A stretch of DNA of 61,705 bases, filler included, from Basidiobolus ranarum (taxonomy: Eukaryota), in assembly GCA_040143965.1 (NCBI GenBank). It is 16 parts of 16 records of this genome, joined end to end, with 100 filler letters (N's around TTAATTAATTAA, not from the genome) between each part and the next. Parts side by side here need not be neighbours in the genome. Positions count along the whole stretch, not along the records: positions 7,758 to 11,534 come from JASJQH010009166.1; positions 11,635 to 15,410 come from JASJQH010009167.1; positions 15,511 to 19,284 come from JASJQH010009168.1; positions 19,385 to 23,152 come from JASJQH010009169.1; 12 more parts are not named here. One strand, written 5' to 3'. A program made the position numbers and the translations under genes. Below are positions 10,809 through 21,076 of the stretch, piece by piece. The notes beneath the pieces were generated by a model. The model saw only the letters and a program-made list of their open reading frames with translations. It ran no database searches and was not told the origin of the DNA. Position 1 is the stretch's first letter, and each line of letters opens with the position of its first letter.

Positions 10809-11534
10809 AGAATTGTTCTGTTTTATTGAGCCAGATCAGGCCAGCTAAAAAGTGTGCCAGCACAAATTGGCATGATTGTGCACTATCTGACAAAATGTTA
10901 TTTACCATTTTGGAAACAGTTTATTTTACTTATGTAGTATATTTAAGAGAAGTACATTTAGACATTATTGCACATTCAAAAGATGATGAAAGCTTTATTC
11001 ATAGTGTCTTAAGTCTAGAGTTCTCAATGTATATTGTTGAGTATGAATGTATTGAGTTTTAATCAAGATTTTGACTACTTTGCCTAACTTTGATTGAGGC
11101 CCACAAAATGGTTTTCCTCTATACTTTCCTGCTACAATGCTATATCTCTTTACAAAACCAAAGCTATGTTCTACTCTTGCTCTAAAATGGGAAAAAATGT
11201 CATTATAAAGCTTTTGCCTCTCTGTGAGTATCCCTCCTCATGGCCTCTTGTTGGCAGTGACACATCCTAGCCTTCTGCATTATTTACCAACATATGCCAA
11301 AGCAGCCATAGTCTTCTCATATCTTATAAATGGTGCATGCCTCTGAACACAAAGCCTTTTGTCATGGTGTCTCCCTTGATGTGGCCCACTAAACCAAATG
11401 ATGTTTCCTTCCAAATCTGTCAAAGCCTGGAACTTTACACAGTGGGCTTTGTACTTGCCAGAATAGAATAGCTTTTGGTTGCTTTTGGGCCTGTTAATTC
11501 TGACTGGAAATGTGTCAAGAATACTTCTGATATG
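10809..11534 (-). mobile_element. IS5/PHIS (PIF-Harbinger/ISL2-like) DNA transposon, 3' part, inserted in Copia RT
   Basis: Terminus AGAATTGTTC after AAT; homologous to 57618-57860; carries a DDE transposase remnant. Confidence 0.85.
10995..11534 (-). pseudogene. DDE_Tnp_4-like transposase remnant (not in ORF track)
   Basis: One frame: SILDTFPVRINRPKSNQKLFYSGKYKAHCVKFQALTDLEGNIIWFSGPHQGRHHDKRL...MAALAYVGK*...KRP*GGILTERQKLYNDIFSHFRARVEHSFGFVKRYSI...LRHYE*; D, YSGK, G..HD and RxxVEH motifs; two internal stops. Confidence 0.85.
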
Positions 11535-11634
11535 NNNNNNNNNNNNNNNNNNNNNNNNNNNNNNNNNNNNNNNNNNNNTTAATTAATTAANNNNNNNNNN
11601 NNNNNNNNNNNNNNNNNNNNNNNNNNNNNNNNNN

Positions 11635-12202
11635 ATGTCTGGAAGCCATTACTAAAGGAGAGGATACTCTCATGCTTCTGACCTTGGCATACTCATCCAC
11701 TGCAAATAGAACTCTTCTATTATTGTATTATGACATCATATCTGCTGTGCCATCCCTTCTTGGCAATCTTATGTTAGCTCATCCAGGTTACCTTATATGG
11801 AAGTCATGTTCTTTGGAACATTTCATGAAACCTAACCAATCATGTCATTCCACCCATAATGTAATTCCACCAAGACCTTTCATGGAAGGTCACCTGATGA
11901 TCCTGACATCATTCTTACATCACCCCCCTTTGTATTGGTCCTTGTAGTCCCCAACACCCAAACACTTGAGCTTGCTGCAGTATATTCCCTTTCAAGTACA
12001 TTATGTTTTACCCTGCAATATCTATATAAGCTCCATATATCCCTTGATCAGGCTGAGATTTGTTCAACACCAGTTATCAATCAAGATTCTTGCAAAAGTA
12101 TCTTTCCTGTCCAGTCTTGTCTTGTGGTCTACATCCTAGTCTCTCCTGCCTTGTAGCCTCTTGTTATTGTTTTGAATCCTTGTCTAGTTCCTTATTGTGA
12201 CA
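11635..12202 (+). repeat. Possible LTR of another retroelement inserted in a Copia RNase H region
   Basis: CpG-depleted non-coding stretch with CTATATAAG and a pyrimidine-rich tail ending TGTGACA, right where Copia RNase H coding resumes; single copy here. Confidence 0.35.
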
Positions 12203-12803
12203 GATCTGATCAAGTTAATCCTAACCTAATATATCAAGATAATATTGATTGTATTCAGATCACCAATAATCCTGGGCATCACTCAAGGATGAAGCATATT
12301 GATATAAGACATCATTTTATACAAGAGAATGTTCAAGGGAAAGAAGTGAACTGCATTTATTGTAATACTGAAAATATGCTTGCAGATGTACTAATAAAAC
12401 AACTCAAAACTTCAACCTTTGAGAAGTTAAGAGCAGATATAGGCATCAGTGAATATAAGAAAAATGCTGAATAATGATACAGGAAAGGTATTGAATTATC
12501 AATCTTTTTTCAATATCTTAGTTAGCGCTAGTTGTAATATAGAACAGAAACAGAAAGCAATGTATCTATAGCCCCTTTATTTTAAATAGGAATATCTCTA
12601 TATCTATATAACAAGTATTTCTTATTACCCTCACTTATCTCTAATATCTTATTACACATACTCCTGAATATCTCAAACAACTGATTAACTTTTCTACTAT
12701 ACAAGTCACCAGATACTCTTAAGAAGAAAGTAACCAAAATACACTATTTTAAGCTGCTTCTGATACACAAAGTCTGTCCCCATTTTGTCAAGATCCTGCA
12801 ACA
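12203..12803 (+). mobile_element. Copia 3' end: RNase H, PPT and 3' LTR (family C, 12489-12803)
   Basis: YQDN...HSRMKHIDIRHHFIQE...MLADVLIK; purine tract AGGAAAGG 12481-12488; LTR ends CAACA and matches 15252-15410 and 43591-43906. Confidence 0.85.
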
Positions 12804-15251
12804 AAATATTCATTATTCTCAATTGGAATATACTTGAAATATTTTTACCAACTTAGAAGTTCTCAGATATACAGATTTTTCAAACTTGTGCTAGAAGCCC
12901 AAAACTCTACACAAAACTATGGACTCATGTCCCTGAGACTCTCCTTGACAGATTCTACACATTAGTTTGTTTACATCTTGACATAACTATAAATGTCAAC
13001 TTTCCACTTAATATATCAACAAGTGAAAACTACCAATTTCTCCAATCCTCCAAACCACTTCCAACAGGCTCCCAAATACTTAACAGCTTATGAGCCCCAA
13101 GCTTGCACTCTTTGTATTATCTGCTTCTTAAATTTAAGGAACCTTTTCTTATTCTGAATAATTAGATGGAACCAATTTTCAAATTTGGAAAATTAAGATG
13201 AAAATGCTGCTGCAAGAAAAGGACTTTGGGGCATTGTTATGGAAGAAGAAAACAACACAAAACAATCAGAAACCTAAGTTTTACTCATGGTTAGAAAAGA
13301 GTAATGTGCCTATAATACAATTTGTCTCAATGTTAAAGTCAAATTGCTAATTCAATGTTCACAAGCCAAAGCTGCCAAGCAGGTTTGGAAATCCTTGGAA
13401 GACACCTATCAAACAAGTTCTGCTGCCAACAGGATGTTTCTAAGAAGGCAACTCTTTAACCTAAAGGTGAAGCCAGGAGAAGGCATTAATTTGCTAATTA
13501 ATAGAGTCACTATTTTAGTTGATGAAAAGCAATGCATTCAAGTATCTACTCCTGATGAAGATATCATAGTTACAGTCCTGAATAGCCTGCCACACAGGTT
13601 TCATAGCCTAGTAATTATTGGGAAAGTATGGGCTGTTTGGAGGAACTTTAGAAAAGTGGAGTTGTGAATAGCTTTGTGAGATAATTATTTATTGTCCAGA
13701 AATAAAGTATTTATACATTTCAGTGTAAATACAGAGAAACTAACACTGGGGTTGTGTTCAGAGCTTATCTGGGAGTAAAATGAGCTATCTTTGGGGTAAT
13801 TTGGATGAGTTTGAAATTTCAAATATGGAATTGCTGATTCTCACATTATTCACATATATTTATAATGTATGTTCTGGTTTGCAGTTAAGGCATATTTGAC
13901 TAAATAATGTTAACTAACTTATATATGTTATATGAAATAGTTAGGTGTATAAAGATAGAGATAACAAATATAAAAAAGACAATAAACTTCAACAGTAATA
14001 GCTCTAGGAGCAACAACTGATAATATGACCTTAAATTACATATTTGGAAGACTTCTGGATAAAGATTTATGCAAGTTATAATCCAACCAAAAGAAAGAAG
14101 AAAATGCTTTAATAGGCTATGGGAAACCCTCCTATCAACATCAAAAGCACTTTAAGAAGAAAGGTAACACATTCTGTGATTACTGTAAAAGAACTGGCCA
14201 TTTAAGCAAAGATTGCTTTAAAAGAATTACAAATGAAGAAAAATGTACCAAATCAGGAAATGTGATTATAACTGAAGATCACTTGTTCATATCTACTCTA
14301 TCAGTATCTACCAACAGGGATTCTTGTATGTGGTATATTGATTCTGGAGCCTCCTAACATTTCACAAATGAAAAACATTGGTTTGTGGATTATGAAGAAA
14401 TCCCAATTAGAAAGGTTTTTGTGGGATATGTATACAAATTGGATTCAATTGGAATGGGAACAATTCAACTCAATTTACTGGAGCTTCTGAAGAGAAAGTA
14501 TATACTTTTAGGATGTACTACATGTTTCAGATATTACCAAGAATTTAAAATCTGTATGCAGGGCCACCTCATCAGGACTAAAATTCAGTTTTGATAAGTC
14601 TAGATACACCATCACCAATCACTATGGGATTGATTTAGTTTTTGGGAGAAAAGGATTAGAACTTATACAAACTTACATATAATACAAGAGGTTTATGTGT
14701 AAATGTGAGTTATTTCAATTAAGAAACTATTCAATTATTGCATAAGAGATTTGGCCATGTTGGATTTGATTATTTGAGCAAAATGTTCAGAAATTGCCTA
14801 ATTTCTGAAATTTGAATCAACCCCCCAATCAAAATGAAAATTTTTGAGGGTTGTATATAAGGAAAACAAGGCAGGCAACTGTTCAAGAGCTCTGGTTTAA
14901 TCAAATCTGGCAAAAATCTGGATCTAATTCATTCAGATCTGTGTGGACCAATAGAAACTTATTTCTAGATGTAAAATCATATTTATTCATATTTTTGATG
15001 ATGATACAAGATACACTGGGGTCTGCTTTACATAAAGAAAAAAGAAGCATGCTCTATCTTTAGAGATTTAAAAAACATGTGCAGACTGAAACTGGAACTA
15101 AAATGAAGAAAATACCTACTGATGATGGTGGAGAATTTACTTTAATGCTATTCTAGCACTTCTTCAAAGTTCATGGAATTAAGCAAGAAACTACTGCCTT
15201 CATCCACCCCAGCAAAACCAAGTTGCTGAAAGAGCTAACAGGAACATAACA
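12804..15251 (+). mobile_element. Copia (LTR family A) 5' part: partial 5' LTR 12804-13085, PBS, degraded gag-protease-integrase
   Basis: LTR-A end TAACA then GCTTATGAGCCCC; gag WKIKMKMLLQ, zinc knuckle CDYCKRTGHLSKDC, WYIDSGAS, LIHSDLCGP, TDDGGEF. Confidence 0.9.
13616..13994. repeat. Solo LTR (family B) inside Copia gag
   Basis: Termini TATTG...CAACA, perfect 5-bp TSD GTAAT (13611-13615, 13995-13999); removal restores gag SLVIAL; related end fragment at about 24790-24898. Confidence 0.85.
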
Positions 15252-15410
15252 TTTTGGATAATTAATCTTAATTCAACATCATAGTTAACTTTAGTTATGG
15301 TACATATATCCAAAACAGATAGTAATATATCTATAGCCTCCATATGCTAAATAGGATTATATCTATATCTATATAACAAGTATGTATTATTACCCCAACT
15401 TATCTATTAT
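15252..15410 (+). repeat. LTR family C, 5' part, inserted in Copia integrase
   Basis: Aligns with the reverse complement of 43750-43906 and with 12489-12650. Confidence 0.75.
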
Positions 15411-15510
15411 NNNNNNNNNNNNNNNNNNNNNNNNNNNNNNNNNNNNNNNNNNNNTTAATTAATTAANNNNNNNNNNNNNNNNNNNNNNNNNNNNNNNNNN
15501 NNNNNNNNNN

Positions 15511-16005
15511 ATTGGAATTTACTTAGAATATTTTTACCTACTTAGAAGTTCTCAGATATATAGATTTTTCAAACTTGTGCTAGAAGCCCCAAACTTTGTA
15601 CACATGTTCCTGGGATCTTTGTTAACATATTCTACATGTTAGTTTGTTTACATCTTGACAAAACTATAAATGTCAACTTTCTAGTCAATAAATCAATAAG
15701 TGAAAACCACCAATTCCTCTAATTCTCCAAACCACTTCTGGCAGGCTCCCAGATACTTTAACATATATAGCTTGGTACTTAGTTCTGTTATATTTCACTC
15801 AGATATTACCTATTATTCTCAATTGGAATTTACATACAATATTGACACCAACCTAAAAGTTCTCAGATATATAGATTTTTTCAAACTTGTGCTAGAAGCC
15901 CCATACTTTGCTCACATGTTTCTGGGACCTTTCGTAACACATTCTACATGCTGTTTTGTTTACATCTTGACAAAACTATAAATGTCAACTTTCTATTCAA
16001 TAAAT
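15511..16005 (+). repeat. Two nested LTR-A copies (15511-15763 inside a second copy resuming at 15764)
   Basis: Shared core AAACTTGTGCTAGAAGCCCC...GTTTACATCTTGACAAAACTATAAATGTCAAC; first ends TTTAACA. Confidence 0.9.
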
Positions 16006-18155
16006 CTTGATGCTATTTTCTTTATTGTTTATACAAGTCAAAATGCATATTATCAATTGAACAAAACAAGAAGCACAAATGATATTTTTCCTCTAATTAT
16101 CCAGAACACTTTCAATCCATTCCCAATACCTACAGTAACCTCAACAAAAACAACTCTCTCATTGACTACTTGGTATCTTGCAGCAGATATAATATCTTAT
16201 CTTGTTCCCACTCAGTAGCCTAGTTATCTAGCATTCACCAAGTTTTAGTCCCAACTGCCTAGAAAACTGTCACTATAACATAGCATAGCAAGCCTGTACT
16301 ATTCTCAAGACTCATATTAGTCCAGATCAGTGCTACAAATATCTCCTCATATTTTTCACTTTTCTCTTAACACAACACTACATGGTACACACAATCTCAC
16401 AATCTGATTGAGAATATATTACTTCTATTGTCTGGTATTATACTCATTACATCTATAACAAATCATTGGCTATGTATACCCCATCCCTAATGTTATATTT
16501 ATTTTTTTGTCAGGATATGATTTTCTCTGCTGCCTCTCTATCCATCTGGCAGTATCCCTGAGAGTAAATCAGGTTAATATAAGCATATATCTCTTACAAT
16601 TCAGTCACCGTGTCTTCTAAGCTTCAAGCTGAGCTAAATAAATATGATAATGGTCTCAAAAATATTCGTCACCAGCAGGAACTTTGCTGGATATACTGTA
16701 ATTTTCTTACTGCTGAATCAGTAAGTGCTAGTTTTACCATTAACTACTTCAATTTGTTCAAGAAAATCTTGGTTTGTGTGCGATTACCATACGAAAAATA
16801 AGCTGAAACCTTTTGGAGCAGATTGATGAACACTTTATGTTCAGAAGGTTGCTTTGTTTAAACATAGATTCAACAAAACTACGCATAATCTTACACACCC
16901 GTTCCATCTAGATACTCCAATATGTTCCCATCTGACCATCTTGATGTTTCAAGTAAACATTGAATTGTGTGCTTACATAAATACGAAATCTATTCAGTTT
17001 AGCGCTCAAAGTTAGTATTCATCATCCATAGACAATTATGGATATGGATACCTTAAGCTCACATATTTAAGAGTGGATTTGAGTCTGAAATCTAAACACC
17101 TAGAAGCTCGTCTTGACTTCCTTCTTGTCCCAGACTTCTGATATGCACGGGGACTAAAATCTATTTGGGAAGTCGTACCTTTAGTTGCCTTTCTTGTGGT
17201 GGGTCAGTTCCTAGTTTTACGAACTAATAGATACAAAGCAACACTGTTGAATATTTCACTGGAGTTGAGTAGGATTTCACTAACCTATCCGATCCGTTAC
17301 CGAATTGGCCAGTCCTCAGCATTTGCAATCCACTCTCAAACGGAGTCTACCAGCTTTCATCGGATTATAGGATAATTTAATAGATGTTTTAGACGAAGAA
17401 AAACAACATGTAAGGTATCAAAGCCAGTACGTATCTTTGGGTATAGTATATTCGATGATGATTCTATTTAATTAGAAAGCTTAATACAAGCGTATTAGTA
17501 GCTTAAATTACTTAATAGCAGCAACCACTTTAATGTAACTAGTAAATCAAGAACATACAAGTAGAGAACTTGGATTGGAATTGCTAAAGGCTACCGTTTT
17601 CCCTGTTTATATCAAACACCAATATGTAACACCCAACTCCTAGGTACTCTCTGCCTACAGTAAGTAAATAAATGTACCTTTTTTAATTCAGTTATGCACT
17701 CTCCTTTTGTAAATATATGTATCTGCTTATACTTGTCAACACGTTGAGGATATTAAGACTATTCTCTTACGCGAGTTATTAGGCTTAACTGCACCCTTTT
17801 GTAAGCTGCCAGGTACTGCTCAAAACGATATACATATAACTCACTAGATTTTTTTGGGCTTTGCTTAGCAAGCTCTGGTATTTAGTAGCTATCATAGAGA
17901 ATGTCCAATCTATATGAGAATTGTATCCAGGACATTGATACGAAATTAAGTCAAGCTAGTCCATGTATACATTACTGGCTTTTCATTAGAAAACCCGATA
18001 TACTATGCTTCGTAACCATAGCTTTTATATTCTACTGGAAGGTTTAAAAGTTTATTGAATGAAATAAACTCATATCAAGTCATTTTCATCCAGTGTATAT
18101 ATAGCTCTTTAACTCTTAGTTCACAGTATCAGCTTTGGCTACTTTGATATCTACT

Positions 18156-18548
18156 ATGCAACTATTCATCTCCTTACTAGCCTCCTGTGGTGTTCTCTTC
18201 CAAGCTACCTCCGGTGTTCCAGCCAGTTACTATCCTTACCAGTACAGCCCACAAGTATACGGTCGATATGTGGGCAGTCCATGTATCCAACAAGGATATC
18301 TTTGTAGCCGAGGAATTCAGACGAGAGTGGCGCCAGTAGCTAGTGTTCCAATACTGAAACAGAAATTCGTCACCATTACTCGTAAGCATGATAACCTCAA
18401 TACCGCCAAAGCAAGCAACAGGAAATACGCTAGGGTCAAGTATCAGGATGGACCTAGTGCTGAAATTGAAGGAGAGCAAACAGCATCAGTTTATGCCAAG
18501 AAGCGCGGTGGTGAACACTCATTCAACCCCACATTCGGCCAAGAGTAG
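18156..18548 (+). CDS. Hypothetical small secreted protein (130 aa)
   Basis: Signal-peptide-like MQLFISLLASCGVLFQATSG; TATA-like TATATATA about 60 nt upstream; no family recognised. Confidence 0.5.
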   Translation: MQLFISLLASCGVLFQATSGVPASYYPYQYSPQVYGRYVGSPCIQQGYLCSRGIQTRVAPVASVPILKQKFVTITRKHDNLNTAKASNRKYARVKYQDGPSAEIEGEQTASVYAKKRGGEHSFNPTFGQE

Positions 18549-19088
18549 TTTGACCAAGCATTGCCTTGCATTCAAGCTGAACTGATTCAATCAGGACAGA
18601 ACAACCCTTCCAATGAGCAATAGTTGAAAAGACAAGGCCAGTGCTTCAAAGACGTATTGACAATAAATTTTAGTATTTGAGCAAGCTTCAATACTGGAAG
18701 TATATCAGGAACTAGTAATATTGCTGGCATTTGATCAATTAATAGTCTGTTTCATTCATTGCATCATATCCATCGCTTATTCTAAGAGATTAGCACAATA
18801 ATACTAAGCCACCCTTATCAGCTCCATTCCCGATAGAGAGAATTGTTCAACATCGACTAGTTGCAGAGATGATAAAAATACTCTTCTACCTAGAGGAATA
18901 GATCTGAGAGCTATCATAAAGAACTATGTGTGATATTGTTATCAACCGTGGCTTTCTTCTCCACCAAAATGGATTATTGTAAGACTGCCAGATGAGCCTA
19001 TGGTAGACTGTAAACTGTGTGTGAGTGTAAGTTAAGGAGTTGGCCCTTAGATCGCCAAGAAGCATTGGAAAATAACCTTTTCTGATAC

Positions 19089-19284
19089 CTCAATGGATTT
19101 GTGCGGACTAGGATGTTCAGCATCTCTTTAGAGACCTCAGCTTGATGGATATAGCGTCACTATGAGTTGCTTTGAGTTTTTCGAGAAAGGCTTTGAACTC
19201 TGGGCTTAGGTTGTCATACAGAGCACGTGTTGGACTACAAGGTATCTCCTCCTGTTCTCGGAACTTGTTTCAGTTGGAGAATGG
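19089..19284 (-). pseudogene. TauD/JLP1-like 2-oxoglutarate dioxygenase fragment
   Basis: ILQLKQVPRTGGDTL*SNT / ALYDNLSPEFKAFLEKLKATHSD / AEHP.VRTNP; GGDTLW and HPxVRTNP are TauD motifs; stop and frameshifts. Confidence 0.7.
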
Positions 19285-19384
19285 NNNNNNNNNNNNNNNN
19301 NNNNNNNNNNNNNNNNNNNNNNNNNNNNTTAATTAATTAANNNNNNNNNNNNNNNNNNNNNNNNNNNNNNNNNNNNNNNNNNNN

Positions 19385-19562
19385 TAATGTAGTGGTTGAA
19401 GGTCGTTACAGTGAGACTGAGAAGCTCTACGATATGGAGGAGAGCTCCATGGATGTCCAAGGAGGATTCAGTCCTGAGGACTCTGAAGGCTTCATCAAGA
19501 TCCAAAGCATTCGTCTCAAGAAGTTTGGACAATCAGTCGCCCGTAATGGTGGAAAATTCTAA
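19385..19562 (+). CDS. ARG1: Argininosuccinate synthase C-terminus (5'-truncated)
   Basis: Frame from 19386: NVVVEGRYSETEKLYDMEESSMDVQGGFSPEDSEGFIKIQSIRLKKFG..., the typical fungal Arg1 tail. Confidence 0.88.
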
Positions 19563-20413
19563 TACTACTCTTAGATTAACCAAAATTTCCTATCCATCTT
19601 TATTGGTATGGTTATTGTGAAGTCTATTGACATTTAATCAATTTCCTGTAAATTAATTTTGTAAACAAAATTTGATATTATGCCTACCGTCTACCGCTAC
19701 CATCAATTAGTGAATTTATTTGTAATCTCAGCGATCAGTTTTTGTTTCGAAATCAACCTCATTTTACATCCAAACATTTAAAATGGATATTTTTCAGTTA
19801 ATAAGTATTTGAGTAAAGTTTTGAAGTGTTTAGCCCAAACTAACCGGTTATGTATCCTTGACCGCATAGTAATATTTATAGCAAACACGTTTCCCTAGAT
19901 ACGCTTAAATTAGAGAAATCAACAATTTCTCACACTGGTTATAGTTTGGCCACTCTTGCACAAATATGGTTCCAGTTAAGCTGAATAATAGATCCATCAA
20001 ATGTAAGATCATGGATTAGTCACCTAGCAGATCCGAACCGTTGACAGTTACTTCAAGCCGGTTTTAGACTATTTGGAAAGGAAGTTACAATTCCAAATAT
20101 CTTGGATTTTTAGAAGGTGCTTGCGAAAACCTGATTCTGGTCATGTTGGGTAATCGATGAGGCAAGGAGGTCAAGATCGTAGAACTAGCAACCTCTAGGC
20201 GTCGTGAACGAACCTTGAGCATCTAATTCTCGGAAGCTTTGTCTAATTTGTTTCACCTGCTGAAATAGGCAGTGGATATAGCCAGTATATGGTTTCAATT
20301 GGTTAGTAGTCTAAATGGCACGAGATAGAACAATCAGATATTAAAAGAAAAGACAAAGCGACTTTGGTTGTTTCAATTATCGCCTTTTCCTCCCGGAATC
20401 TTACTTTATTTGA

Positions 20414-20907
20414 TGTTACAAAGAGTTGGCGATCATGGATGCCAGTCATGGACGCCTGTTACACATAGTGGCCCTACATGTGATCATGGTGTCCGTTTCG
20501 ATTTTAATGATTCTAAGAGTGCGAAGGGAGTGAAACGCGTCCAGATTGGATTTCAATGTCGTCCTGCTAATGAACGTATCTGAACACATCTTGATGAGCC
20601 TGATATGATAGCAAATAAAGTACCTCCTGTCTCTCCTACGCCCTAATTATCGGATCCTTTGTTGGCATATCATTGTTTCAGTTCATCGCGATTTGCTCTT
20701 CACCACAAGTATAAGCTCTTTATCCAAAAGTACAAGGGAACTGTTCACGTCATCTCGTGGTCACCTTTTCCCCAATTATCATCGTTTCTCGAGACACACT
20801 CCCCAGACACTTCTCAAACACACTCCCCACACACTTCCCAAACACTTCACAATTGTTGGTATCAAAGCCAGAGCTTAAGAGAATTGTTGGTATCAAAGCC
20901 AGAGCTT
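20414..20907 (+). repeat. LTR-like segment followed by a duplicated PBS-like sequence
   Basis: TGTTACA...CTTCACA with ACACACTCCCC tandem units; 26-nt direct repeat AATTGTTGGTATCAAAGCCAGAGCTT at 20851 and 20882. Confidence 0.35.
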
Positions 20908-21076
20908 TATAAGAGATTTGTACAGATTATCAAGTAAACTATCAAAAGGCAAGAACATCAACTATTAAACGCAAGAACATCAATTATAAAGAAGAATAAA
21001 GCGGAAAAAGGGAGTCGCATCAATTATAAAGGCGAATAAATATCTACAATAAGACAAAATGGGAGTATCAAGACAA

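Noticed and set aside
10826..11062. 78-aa + strand ORF as a continuation of Copia pol
   Set aside because: Lies in the terminal region of the inserted DNA transposon, antisense to its transposase
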